Shown: positions 1 through 12,202 of the stretch, one piece after another
Layout: each line of letters begins with the position of its first letter
Position numbering within the stretch: position 1 is the stretch's first letter
NCBI GenBank assembly: GCA_951406725.2
Contig: OX597822.1
Location: forward strand, 53,878,001 to 53,942,000
DNA length: 64,000 nucleotides
From: Octopus vulgaris
Lineage: Eukaryota
Reading direction: 5' to 3'
Made by a program: the position numbers and the translations under genes
Notes under the pieces: model-generated
The model's database searches: none
What the model was told of the DNA's origin: nothing
Seen by the model: only the letters and a program-made list of their open reading frames with translations

Positions 1-175
1 GTCCTCTACATCATATGTCTCTATCTCTTCCTCTTTCTCATCAAAGGCCTCATTAAGAACATCTCTAAATCTCTGCCTGTTTGAAGGATCCTTGAGCTTC
101 CACAACCTCCTTTTCCATATCGGATTGCATCTCTGGATCCTTCTGACCCTAACCCTTAAGTCACTAACTATTAGC
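1..175 (-). mobile_element. RTE-clade LINE fragment (runs off the window start)
   Basis: The minus strand reads WKLKDPSNRQRFRDVLNEAFDEKEEEIETYDVED, resembling the post-endonuclease linker of RTE ORFs. Confidence 0.45.
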
Positions 176-615
176 TTATGTTGAGTTGTACATTCTTCAC
201 CTGGGAAAGATTTTGCATTTACGAGTATATATGTGTCCCCGTGTCTGGTGAGGATGTAGTCAATCTGGCTAGTGAGAGAGAAAGTGGGGGAGAAAACAAC
301 TGCTGTATAAAAAATTCATAGTAAAGTGGCTCCTAGCGTCTACAAAACAAAACTTAAACACTGGAAAAGTTGGGTACACACATGTGCACACTCACCAATT
401 TTTTCTTACATTAAATTCTAATACAATCGTAATCTGTCCCATCTAAAGGGTATTTGTAGAAAATTTTATTAAATCATATCTATTTTTCTGAAAGTTATTT
501 GGAAACAAAGAAGAAAGCACACTTGTGTAGGTAGTTCTGATATCTCCCAATACCTCCATGAATATGACATAATTGAAGTTCAAGATATAGTATTTACGAG
601 TAAAAGATGGGGATA

Positions 616-1104
616 GAATTCCGGTTTAAGCATTCCATATAACTCCTCATAACTTTTTTATTTTTTGGAATTTTCAGAAAATTTTTGAAGATTTGTATTC
701 TGCACAGGGGAATTCATGCGATTAAGGAAAAACAAATTTTTTTCGTGTGTGTCTGATTTAAGGGTTATTTAGCTGTTATTTTTAGCACATCTCACGACCA
801 CCAGATACCTTCCTCACTTTTTTGTCACACTGACATGTATTGATGTTTTTCAATATTTTCTCCTCATAAACACATTTAACGGAACAATGATGAGATTTAA
901 GCAAAGAATTCGGACTGTCCGCATTTTAAACTCTAAAATAAAAATTCGAAAGAAAGTGGAACTTTTGGGGGCTTAGGAAGCGGGGAGGGGTTTCAAAATT
1001 ATTTTATAATCGTATAAATTACCGTGTGTAGAACACAAATTCGCAAAAATTACCAGAAAATTCCCAAAAAATAAAAGTTATATGGTGTGCTTAAACTATA
1101 ATTC
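616..1104. mobile_element. MITE-like element with long imperfect terminal inverted repeats
   Basis: GAATTCCGGTTTAAGCA...ACTTTTTTATTTTTTGGAATTTTC near 616-676 is mirrored by GAAAATTCCCAAAAAATAAAAGTTA...TGCTTAAACTATAATTCC near 1056-1104. No ORF. Confidence 0.55.
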
Positions 1105-1269
1105 CGCCAAGATAAGGGGTCACAACTGGAACGTCTTTGATAATAGATCGGCTGAGTCAGAGCTGACAAGGGAGAGGGGATGGTGTTTAAACATTTTAAA
1201 CATCCACAAGCTGAACGAGGAAGTAAAATTGAATGAATTAGTCAGTTAGTCAGTCAGTCAGTCAGTAGT

Positions 1270-1360
1270 AAAGTGTGACGCTAAGCTAGTGTTGTATTGT
1301 TTGGTCCCATCAGCCACTAGTAACGGAAGTTGTGTTTCACTCCTCATTCAACTTGACAAA
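1270..1360 (+). promoter_or_regulatory. Probable promoter/5' UTR of the myosin light chain gene
   Basis: Unique sequence immediately upstream of the ATG, with an ETS-type CGGAAGT (1324-1330) and a TGACG half-CRE (1276-1280). The start context is ACAAAATG. Confidence 0.4.
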
Positions 1361-1363
1361 ATG
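1361..1363 (+). CDS. Mlc-c: Non-muscle myosin essential light chain, coding exon 1 (ATG only)
   Basis: ACAAA-ATG followed directly by a GTAATT donor. An intron right after the start codon is typical of calmodulin-superfamily genes and gives the correct frame into exon 2. Confidence 0.8.
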
Positions 1364-1525
1364 GTAATTGTCCATTTCTTATATTTCTCTCTTATATTTC
1401 ATATTTTCACCATTTAATCGACTCATTTACAAAAAAAAATATTTTGCTGTTTTCCCCGTCTTTGTTATTATAAATGTTAAACTATCTCTCTATATAAAAT
1501 ATCTTTCATATCCTTCTCTTTTCAG

Positions 1526-1553
1526 TCGCAATTAACAGAAGAACGTATTGGAG
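1526..1553 (+). CDS. Mlc-c: Myosin essential light chain exon 2 (SQLTEERIG)
   Basis: Polypyrimidine tract plus TTTCAG acceptor and GTAAGA donor. QLTEE resembles calmodulin/ELC N-termini. Confidence 0.85.
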
Positions 1554-3205
1554 GTAAGATTTAATTGAGAAAGAAAAAAAAAAAGAACCCAGTTATTATT
1601 TATTTTTCCCCTTCGATCGAACTATTTTGACAGTTTAAATACTTGCCCTGTTTTATTTTTCATTCCTTTGTTTCTCTTTTGTCGCTCTGAAACTTAATTT
1701 TCATTACCTCAAAAATGCTCCACTTTTTTTTTTTCTATTCATGAAATGTCAACTTCGTTCAGACCTTACAAAAAAAGAAAGAAAAAAACACCCCTTTCGC
1801 AGGATCTTTATTCTAAATATTTTCATCTGTAACCGTTACACCACCTAAAATATCTTTATCTTTCTGCTATTGTAACAACCACACCTTAAAATGTTATTAT
1901 CAACAGTCACCACACAATGGTGATTGTAGCGACAGGAAAGTCGGGAACTTTAAAATCTAGCATAGATCGACTTTATTTTTGATCTACCTCGGGTTATAAA
2001 CAAATAAATAACACAACCATCCTCCCTTCCATCATATTCACTAAATATACCGCTTTTTAATTAATCCTCATAATAATTACGTTATTGTCATATGGCGTGT
2101 TAGTCATCCTTCAATTAATATATTATTTACTAACTTTCCCAACGAGGGAACTAGTATCCTCTGAATGACTATTTCTTATCAAATTGTCTCAACAAACACT
2201 ATTTAGTTTGTTTAAAACTTAGCAGTAAGTCTCGTTTGGTTTAAAATAAAAAAGATAGTTGATTTTTAATCGTATTTATGTAGGAAAGAAGACAGATAAA
2301 AGTTCGACATTGACTGAAACACACAATCAAAAAATAATCAGCGAGGGAATCTTTCTCTGCTGTGTGTGTCTGACCTGTTAAAATGATAGCTAATATATCC
2401 CTCAGATCATTTAAGTTACTGTCCCTAAAGGAAAAATAGACATTCGTTAATGTAGTCTGAGTTAATGCTTGTAGAGATATACTAGAAGATGGGATTGTCA
2501 CGGTCTTCAAATACTTTTGATGATGGGTGTCTCTTGAATTAGGTCTGGAGTTTATAGACAACTGACAACGAAGGAAAGGAAAATGTCTGTAAAACATTCA
2601 ACATTGTGATTTACTCTTGTTTTTTTTTTATCTCCACTATTTTATGACAAAATATTAATTTAACTTAGAATGACTGTCGCCTTTGTGGGGGTGATAAAAT
2701 TTGTTCTTTAGCCCTAGGTTAGTCCTGAGTAACCAGATCTTTGATCATAGACATTCAGATATGACAATCGTCATTTTTGTTTCATCAAAATTACAGTCCT
2801 TCCTTTTTTTAAGATGATTGAGGGTAATTTTAAATAGTTGGTTCTTTTTTTAGCAGGTCAAGTGACTAGTTAGTGGCTCTAATTGGTTCGCAGTAGCTAT
2901 GTCACATTAAATAGTGGTTAATGAAATCTTAATTGGTTGCCGGGCTAGACATATCTTTGAGTGTGTCACTCCTTAGAATATCTTACATAAATGTCTGAGA
3001 CTTTGGATTCATTTGTTGTTTAGTCCCAGGTCAGTCCTAAATGAGCAGATCCATAACCAAAGAGGTTCCAGTCATACCATACATACCATGCTTTCTTTTT
3101 GTGTATTTAGAACCACTGTGTCTGCTGTGAAAATATTAAGACCTTTAGGTGGAATTTGAAAGAGGTGTGACTGCTATTTCTAGTAGGTGCGGCTTAGGTG
3201 GTTAC

Positions 3206-3579
3206 TCGACCTGGCAGAAATAGCAGCTAAGTTCCCACCAACTCGCACTCCACTCTGTCTCCTTAGAAATGAATACATTAGATGATAGAAAAAAAGATGG
3301 AATGATTCAAAACGGCAGAGGGAATGCGTTCGATCGTAGGTTAGCTCTTTCTTGGCTGGCGTGGGGTTAAGCAGCCACCACTTCAAGGATTGCCATAGGC
3401 TCATCTGCATGAGCATGCACCTCCATCCTGTCTTATTTCATTAAAGAATATCCATTTTTTCCCTAAGGAAACGAAGTTGATGGGGGTGGGGGGCACACTT
3501 GCATACCATCTTAGCAACGTTATAGACAGAGTGGAGTGCGAGTTGATGGAAACTTAGCTGCTATTTCTGCTAGGTCGAG
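3206..3579. repeat. Inverted repeat of about 55 bp flanking about 260 bp
   Basis: CTCGACCTGGCAGAAATAGCAGCTAAGTTCCCACCAACTCGCACTCCACTCTGTCT is mirrored by AGACAGAGTGGAGTGCGAGTTGATGGAAACTTAGCTGCTATTTCTGCTAGGTCGAG. The GCTGCTATTTCT motif recurs in degenerate dispersed repeats elsewhere in the window. Confidence 0.7.
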
Positions 3580-5137
3580 CGAACAGGACTAAATCAATGC
3601 ACTTGACCCTACAATATTTATTTACTGACTTACAGAAAACAGACCAGAATTGGATCCCCGGACTCGCGAGGCCGCAGGACACTTGCCCAGTGTGCCCCAT
3701 GCCTGTAAGGTGTTACTCAGGCACTCAACTATGAGTTCACTGCATCTTATTATAGAAACAGCTGTAAGCTAATGAAGTTCATAAGATAATCGTTTGTTCC
3801 TTTGTCATCTTATTTTCTCATTACCGCCCTGTACGCGACTAACGCTTCATTTTGAAGCATACATTTATTGAGTTTACACCAGGTTATTAGTATCGCAGTG
3901 CCTACGTGAAATAATATGTCTGTCTGTCCATCCATACATACATAAGAGGACATTTTTTGGCTAGAATAGGTGCTGCTTTGAAGCGTCAAGAGACTGTTAT
4001 TGCTGTTTAGTCTCAGGTCATCCCAAGCTAAATTCTCTCCATCTAGGATTCATGTTATGTAATTAGAAGAGAGACATTGTGTTAGGTATGATGATTTAAA
4101 CCACCACAAATCTGCCTGACTGCTTCATAAATTAGTGTTATGCATGAAAATTTAAAAAGAAAAAAGACACCCATCACATAAACTTGGGTTAAACTTCATG
4201 AATGGTACCTGCTAATATAAATAAATGTATCTGTATATGTATCTCCCCTTCTCTCTCTAATTGATTTGTGGGGTAAAGAGAATAGTGAATGTACCCATTC
4301 ATTATTCTTGATCACATATTACCATTACACATTGTTTTGTGTGATAAAAATATTAATTGAACTACATAAAACTCATTTTTCTATGTAATGTGTAGTTAAA
4401 ATATATATCCAAAAAGAAGATCTATGCTGGCAGAGTACACATAGATATGGTGTAAATATTTAAGTATCAGATTCATGTATGCTTGTTTTAACTTTAGCTG
4501 AATATTGTGCAAATTTTAAATGCTTTAAAATTCCTCATCATTTTTAATTACAAAGTGGTGACCTGTGTTAAAACCTGTTTTCAAAGAACTAGAAATATAA
4601 CTTATACCTTTTTTTTCTTTTTGTCAGTAATTTTTCGCCCTATAAATCGAATTCGGCATTTGATTCTCCTCCTGATGTAGTCCAAGGATAGAGGGTCTCT
4701 GATTATTAAAAGACCTGAAACCCCGAATGGCCTGAGGAAGCATCACTGATGATGTGTTCAGGTGCATAACAGGATGTTGTCTGGAAAACACAAGAGGTCT
4801 TAATTGTCTCAAGTGTATTTTATTTCTGAAAATACCTCTACTTTGTGACCGCTATTATATTTTATCTTGTGTGAAGAAAGGGCTAAGGTTTTTCTGTTTT
4901 CATATTTTAGTGGTGTGTTTTGTCTGACACGAATGCTTAATTCCATTGCTTATACAGTCCGAACTGTTCTTCCTCATGGAATATCACATTCGCAAGGCTA
5001 AAAGTAATATTCCAATAGCCCATGTCATCATAATAATTTTATCCCCATATTATGGAACTGTAGAGTCTAAATAGACAAATAGTACTTTATTCAAACATAC
5101 AGTTCTAGACGTGTTCCTTTCACTTTACTCTCTCTAA

Positions 5138-5412
5138 TTACCCTGTGCGCATAGGTGAAAGCAGGGTATTGTAATCACTTGTTTTTGTCATTTTGTTTGC
5201 AAAATTACTGGAAAATGGCCAGACGGATTTTCACCAAATTTGGCAGAAATACTCATTGGGTGAATGGCTCGAAATGATGAAAATTTGGTTTGATTATCTT
5301 CAAAACTGGTGGGCAGATGAATCAAAGTGTTTTGAGTATGCAGATTTTTTGTGCACGCAAGGTACGCAGCATTTTGGCGTGTTCTCCGCACAAGAATCTA
5401 TTACTAGCACAT
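5138..5412 (+). mobile_element. Helentron-associated (HINE/DINE-1-like) non-autonomous element
   Basis: Terminal TACCCTG...CAGGGTA hairpin followed by a GATTTTCACCAAATTTGG core. Related minus-strand copies lie at about 35750-35915 and 37180-37375. Confidence 0.45.
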
Positions 5413-5508
5413 AAAAAAAAGGATTATTTTTATTAAATACTATTTATCTCTCACCAGATGAGCTACTTTTTTTGTTGATATTACCATCATGGAATAGAAC
5501 ACTATATA

Positions 5509-5900
5509 TTATCCAAAATGTATAGTATTAAATATCTATTACAGCTGGTCTTACCAATCTGTTTCACGTAATGAATACAATGGAGTATTAGGTAACAAAC
5601 CGATTATATAACTTTACACTCATCAGAGTTAGCCACTATGGAATATGGCGACTGCTCTCTATCTGAATAGAATAGAAAGCAGTCACCATATTCTCTTTCA
5701 TATCAGCTAACTCTGATGAGCATAAAGTTATATAATCAGCTTGTTGTCTAACACTCCATTGTATTCTTTATGTGAAACTGATTGGTTAGACCAGCTGTGA
5801 TGGATATTTAATACTATACATTTTGGATAAGATACCTACTCTACTGACAAATATATGAGTGCATCTCTTCCCTAACTTATGGTCTCTTAGATGACTCACA
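5509..5900. mobile_element. Penelope-type non-coding element: about 320 bp imperfect palindrome with a hammerhead in each arm, plus tail
   Basis: Arms 5509-5664 and 5671-5830 are reverse complements. A short tail runs into a (TG)n/(TA)n microsatellite. Confidence 0.7.
5704..5797 (+). ncRNA. Type I hammerhead ribozyme motif, long stem II
   Basis: CAGCTAACT-CTGATGA-GCATAAAG...CTTTATGT-GAAAC-TGATTG-GTT-AGACCAGCTG. The inverted copy (5542-5633, -) has a GTA site. Confidence 0.6.
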
Positions 5901-6505
5901 TGTGTGTGTGTGTGTGTATATATATATAATCTCATTTCATTTGACCCTTGTCTGCGTGTGTATAGATCATGGTGTATCTATGCATGTAGACACGTGTGGG
6001 TATATACATACATAAATATGCGACTGTGTGTGTATGTACAGTGATGGATTTAAGGGTTTCGTTTATTTATGAGTTGATTTCTTAGTTTCACTGGAGTATA
6101 AATACCTATAATGGTGATAATTTAAATAAAAAAAAAAAAAAAAGAATCCAACTTACAAATTTTCCAATAAGCAAGTGGTTATAATATTTATATCCTTCAA
6201 TGAATTACAGTACCTGTGATTCGCCTGCCATCATTGGAAGATGTTGAAAACTCTTCTCAAATTCTATGCAATATTTTCTAGAAATATTTCATTTTGTTCA
6301 TTTTCTTTTTCATAATCGTGATTATTATTTGAATAATCATTTAGTCATATGCAAATTTCACTCATGCATTTGGCATAGACATCGATCAAGTCTTCTTTTA
6401 GCTGCCATCTACTTAGCCTTCTAATCCTCTTTTAGTCAAACACTTACAAAGCTTAATTCAGTTTAGTTAAAAAGCATGGCTAAGCAATGCATTGTAAACC
6501 ACGGT

Positions 6506-6975
6506 ATCATCATCATTATCATCATCGTTTAGCATCCGCTTTCCATGCTGGCATGGGTTGGATGGTTTGACTGGGGACTGGTGAGCCAGATGGCTGCACC
6601 AGGGCTCCAGTCTGATCTGGCAGAGTTTCTACAGCTGGATGCCCTTCCTCATGTCAACCACTTGAGAGTGTAGTGAGTGCTTTTACATGCCACCTGCACG
6701 AGGGCCAGTCAGGTGGTACTGGCAACGGCCACGCTCAAATGGTGTTTTTACATGTCACCCGTATAGGAGCCAGTCCAGCGGCACAGGCAACACTCTCGCT
6801 CGAATGTTGTTTTCACGTACCACTGGCACAAGTGTCAGTAAGGCGATGCTGGTAACAATCGTGGTCGAATGGTTGTTTTTTACGTGCCACTGGCATGGGG
6901 GCTAGTCAGCGGTCCTGGCAACAATCACGCTCGGATGGTGCTCTTAGCGCTCCACTATCACAGATGCCAGTCATG
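6506..6975 (-). mobile_element. SINE-like repeat with RTE-type tail (GGAAGGGCATCCAGCTGTAGAAA...(GAT)n)
   Basis: The same family recurs at about 15800-15930, 20090-20220, 23750-23930, 24550-24990, 38640-38750, 42241-42620, 51975-52290 and 54720-55080. Longer copies carry internal tandem GGTGGCACGTAAAAAGCACC units. Confidence 0.75.
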
Positions 6976-8080
6976 AGCACCACATGACTATAATTTGTGA
7001 AAAATTTATTTGCACACAGGATATGCATCGCCCCTTCGATGCCTTTGTTTTCTCATTCTGACATGCTTTAGCTTCAGGTTGATCCTGAACATGCAGGAAT
7101 ATTATCAAGCATGTTGCAGTTATCATTGTTTTATCTTTTTCCCCCAGACTACATTACCCAATGAGTCTTTCCTTTTTGAAGTCTAGATGATGTGCGAGTT
7201 GAGGGACGTTTAGTTAATATTTTTAGTGGGTTGAGCAATCATGTTGAGGTTTCCTCACTAGCTCATGTATACTTCTCCATTGCTGGTAGTATTAAAATAG
7301 AATTAGTTATCATATATTTAGACCAACTGTACAGGTAGTAAATACACTCTTGGCCTTGTTAAAATATTGTCCTTACAAAACCCTGTGCAAAAACAAATAT
7401 ACACAATTGATTTTCTTTCAGGTTTTAGTAGTCTAAAACATGGGAGTTTCTTTTAATGGTATGTGATGATGGCATTTACACTCTGTGTAACATCCTGCTT
7501 GTGATAAATCATATTCAGTAATCATCTGCTTATATCTATAATGAAGTCAGCATCAACACACCTGAATGTGGTGAGAAGAAGTTAATTTTGATGGGGTTAT
7601 TTAGCATTAGCTAATTCCTGATTGAGCATATCAGATATCTAGGAATGTATTACTCAATGTATATTCCTTTTTATGAGTTTGATTTGAGGCTGATTTGGTT
7701 ACTACCTCTAGTCAGTGACAGGGTATAGTATGGTGGAATGGCTAAGAGTAGTATATTTACAAGGTAGCTCATGGAAAGATGCTTGTACCATTTAAAAAGG
7801 AAATAGACTTTGTTTTCAATATGAGAGGAAGAAGGATGACAAAAATGTGTATAAAGAGCTGTTCAGAGTTAGGAAATTGTTTGCAGGAAGGGAGATAGAA
7901 TAAGTAAGTACTGTGTAAAGGAAAAATAGTTCCTTGTTCAAATAAACAGTTTACAATGTGGGCTGGAGAGTGACAAGGCAGAAGTGGTAGATTTAGGAGG
8001 ATTGTGATATGGTATGAGGTGGCAGTGTTAAAGCAGAGCCTTCAAATACTCAAGTTGTAACAGAGGCTCTATTGTATCAA

Positions 8081-8162
8081 AGAAAATTTAGAATAGACAA
8101 GAGTTTTTTAAAGAATCTTACAAAAATTTTTGCAAGATTCTTTAAAACTCTTGTCTATTCTA

Positions 8163-8170
<8 letters not shown>
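8081..8170. repeat. Near-perfect palindrome of about 90 bp abutting a (CT)n(TA)n(CA)n microsatellite
   Basis: AATTTAGAATAGACAAGAGTTTT..AAAGAATCTT is mirrored by AAGATTCTTTAAAACTCTTGTCTATTCTAAATT. Confidence 0.8.
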
Positions 8171-8250
<80 letters not shown>

Positions 8251-8405
8251 GCACATTTCTAAACAAGTATAAGTCGTATGAGAGTTAGAATCCAATGAAG
8301 ATGTATTAATCTATGGTATAATATATACAAAACCATCATAAACTAAGACACCAAGAACTAGAAACTTTATGAATGACACACACGCACACACACCATGAGA
8401 TAATG

Positions 8406-8447
<42 letters not shown>

Positions 8448-9749
8448 ATACATAAACACATGTTGACATAATTTATGCTTTACCTCTTTTTATATGACTC
8501 AGGCATTATTTAATAGTTCCTATTATTTCTCTAGCAGACAGTCGGTTAAAAGTTCATAATCAGTTAAATAGGTTTACATTCTCTGTTGAAATATTTACTT
8601 TCTATTATTCAAATTTTTCCATCTACTAGTTGTGACTGACTTCTGACATAAAATATATAACACTGTCCTACTTCTGTGTATATCGTACCATTATGTCAAC
8701 TTATATTTTTGGCTACGTTGACATTTGCATTCCAGTGTTTCTGCATGTTAATAGTAACATTGTTGGTTTTCTTTGTCATTGTTGATATTGTTGCTGTTGT
8801 TATTATTAAGGTGGTGAGGTGGCAAAATTGTAAGAACGTCAAAACAAAAAATACCACTCAGGTTTCAAATCCTGCTGAGGTTAACTTCGACCTTCAATAA
8901 AATAAGCACCAGTCAAGTGCTGGGGTTGATGTAGTTAACTTGCCCCCGCCCTCTAACACTGCCGGCTTTGTGTTAGAATTTGAAACCATTTCAAATTCTG
9001 CTAAGATCAAGCTTGTTCTTCATCCTTTCAGTTGGGAAACTAATTTTTTTTACCACACAGCAACACCTGCAAAGAATTATGCGTAACATGTAGACACACA
9101 CACACTTGCACTGGATCTGCTAACCTATGTGCTGGCCAGCAATGGTGAAGTGCTGGTGGCAGATAGCCTGCAGCTCACTGCTGCTGGTAGCCGGACAGCA
9201 ATGACCAAGTACCCTATGATGAGGTTTCCTTCTAGTGAAGTGTTATGTATTGCTACTTTCCATGTAGGCATAATGATGATAAATGAAATGTTTACTCAAG
9301 TGTAAGCAGTGGTTTATTTATTTTTATTTTTGAGACAGGATAGAAATAAAACCTAAGACTTGATTGAATCATATGACACATCCTGTGGTACTATTTTTAG
9401 GAATGGATGTCTGTAGTGGTGTGTTTGTTAATGAACTATTCCAGTCAGTTGAAGTAATGGTTAAAACTGACCAAAAAATACGATGTAATTTGAGAAGCTT
9501 CTTTTAGCTGGATAGGAACTTATTTTATTTATTAGGCAATGTAACCAGTAGAATAAATTCTGAAGTCTGGAATCTGGAGGAATCAGTGAAGGTCTGCTTT
9601 GAAAATAACCAGTCATATGTTCAATTACTGTGATAAGTGGGAAGTTTAAAGTTTTGAATTCTTGCTTTTCAAGAGCTCAAGACTTCAACTGTTTTGATTT
9701 CAACCCACTTGAGTCTGTTCTCACTTCTGTATAAACTTAACTGTTTTAA

Positions 9750-9969
9750 CCCTTTAGCATTCAGATTAATTTATCAAATATAATGTTTATGTAGCCATAT
9801 TTAAAAAAATTAATCACGTGTTATCTTGTAGCTTCAAGATTTTGAAGATGTAATCATTTAATTTCAGAATGACATTGTAGGGTAGGTGGGAAAGACTGGA
9901 TCTGGCCAGTTTGAACATAAAACAGGTAGACCATTTGGGCTGGATATGGCCGGTTTAAATGTTAAAGGG
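9750..9969. mobile_element. TTAA-flanked piggyBac-like MITE
   Basis: TTAA|CCCTTTAGCATT...AATGTTAAAGGG|TTAA. Related copies lie at 18284-18500 and about 20254-20470; a second subfamily lies at about 47037-47258. Confidence 0.7.
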
Positions 9970-10306
9970 TTAAAGTGACCTGAATTAAAAACTTGCTTCA
10001 AAATGTTAATTTTGCACAAGGCCAGCAATTTTAGAGGGAGTGGTTAGTTGATTACATTGGTGTCAGTACTTGACTGGTATTATATTTTATTTTATCAAAC
10101 TTGAAAGAATGAAAGGCAAATTTAACCTTTATAGGATTTGAACTCAGAACCCAAGCAGCTGGAACAAATATCACAAAGTATCATGTCCAATGCTCTAGTG
10201 ATTCTACCAGCTTGCCACTACTACTAATAATAATAATAATAATAAGGCCAGTAGTTTTGGGAGGAGGGGGTAAGTTGATTACACTAACCCTTGTACTCAA
10301 CTGGTA

Positions 10307-10693
10307 CTCTCTTTACTCTTTTACTTGTTTTAGTCATTTGACTGTGGCCATGCTGGAGCACCGTCTTTAGCCAAGCAAAGCGTCCCCAGGACTTATTCTT
10401 TGTAAGCCTAGTACTTATTCCATCGGTCTCTTTTGTCAAACTGCTAAGTTACAGGGACGTAAACACACCAGTATTGGTTGACAAGCGATGTTGGGGGGAC
10501 AAACACACACACATATATATACATATATACAACGGGCTTCTTTCAGTTTCCATCTACCAAATCCACTCACAAGGCTTCGGTCAGCCTGAGGCTATAGTAG
10601 AAGACACTTGCCCAAGATACCACGCAGTGGGACAGAAGCCGGAACCATGTGGTTGGTAAGCAAGCTACTTACCACACAACCACTCCTGCGCCT
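10307..10693 (-). mobile_element. tRNA-derived SINE (family 1)
   Basis: Reverse complement of the copy at 26386-26790. Confidence 0.8.
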
Positions 10694-11786
10694 AATTTAT
10701 CGACCTTGAAAGGTTAAGTAGACCTCAACAGAATTTGGTTACCAATTCTGCCAGCTCACTGCATTACCAATAATAATAATAATAATATTAATGATAGTTT
10801 CAGTGACAAGTATTAAAGATACATCATCATTGAGATTAATTTTTGTGTAGAACACAGATTCCTTGATAGGAAAGTAGGAGCAGAAATACGGAGCTGAACA
10901 TGAATTGTGAAATATTGAGCTTAACTCGAGCAACAGAGACTATAGAAATGTATATTTAACTGTCCTCTATTGTTGGGTTGGCTGTTATACAGAGTATGGA
11001 AAAGAAAAGAAAAGAAAACCTCCCAGATTCAACAGTCTTGGCAGATATTTCAACAGCAAATTTGCAGTGTGCACCAATCCAAACCACAATAGTGACTGAG
11101 CTGACAGAAAAGAAAAGAAAAAAAAAAAACTGTGTTTGCTGAATGATCCCCTCCCCTCTCCAGTAATTATTTTAAAAGTCTACTACTTATTCTATTGGTT
11201 CCTTTTGCTGCACCGCTAAGTTATGGAGGTGGGGATGTAAACACATCAACGCTGTCAAGTGGTGGTGGGAGATAAACACATAGATATACATACATGCACG
11301 CACACACATACACACACACTTGATGGGCTTCTTTCAGTTTCCTTTGACCAATTTCCACTCACAAGCCTTTGGTCAGCCCAGCGCTGTAAAAGGTACCATG
11401 CATGGGACTGAACCCAGAGCCATGTGGTCGGAAACCACACGCATACACATGCACATATATGTGGCAGACAAAAAATTCCGTTTTATTTACTCTCATTGTT
11501 GGCATCAAATTCTTCAATGGTAAAAAAAGACAACGAAAAAAAAAGTTGCTTCCCCGTTAAATGAATAAATGCAGAGACCAGTTTTTTTTTAAGAACTCCT
11601 TTTGAAATGTGTCGAAATTACTGAATTTTTATTATCTTAGTTGTCAAAATGTGTTGTTATGTTTATGTAAATGTTTTTGCAAGATTCTTGATGTGAAATC
11701 GTATGTTGAAACAGCTATTGTTTTATTTGGGGATGATCATATTTTGCCAGTCACTTCAGGTTTATTATAATCATTTGAGTTTTTTT

Positions 11787-11890
11787 TTCAAAGCTTTTTC
11801 GTCACTCATCCTGTGACCTCTTCAGCAAAGACACATGGGATAGAGAGTCACTGAAGAGGTCACAGGACGTGTGCCAAAAGAGCTTTGACA
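11787..11890. ncRNA. Inverted pair of degenerate minimal hammerhead motifs (Penelope-type)
   Basis: Plus copy: GTCA-CTGAAGA-GGTCACAGGACGTGTGCC-AAAA-GAGC-TT-TGAC. Minus copy: CTGAAGA-GGTCACAGGATGAGTGAC-GAAA-AAGCTT. The same family occurs at 46460-46505. Confidence 0.55.
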
Positions 11891-11906
11891 AAGAAACTAA
11901 ATTGAT

Positions 11907-11939
<33 letters not shown>

Positions 11940-12061
11940 GCTGAAATGAAAACCAAATATATTGTGCATGTGTTTTCATTGGCAAAATCGGATCATCTCC
12001 AAGTTTCAAAATATATATATATACTGTTTATTCATTTGACTATATTATTTTGTCATTTTAG

Positions 12062-12202
12062 ATTTACTTGACATTTTCAACTTGTTCGATGAAAAGGGAG
12101 ATGGAAAAATATCTGCACATCAACTTGGAGAAGTACTGAGAGCGATGGGAGAGAACCCAACCCAAGCTGAAGTGAAGAAATGTGGTTATGAAGGTAGAGA
12201 AA
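12062..12202 (+). CDS. Mlc-c: Myosin essential light chain exon 3 (DLLDIFNLFDEKGDGKISAHQLGEVLRAMGENPTQAEVKKCGYEGRE)
   Basis: TTTTAG acceptor and GTTAGT donor at 12203. Contains EF-hand 1 and the LRAxGxNPT motif diagnostic of ELC/calmodulin. Confidence 0.92.

Noticed and set aside
2241-2597. 118-aa minus-strand ORF
   Set aside because: It lies in intron 2, has no recognisable motif, and is consistent with a chance ORF.
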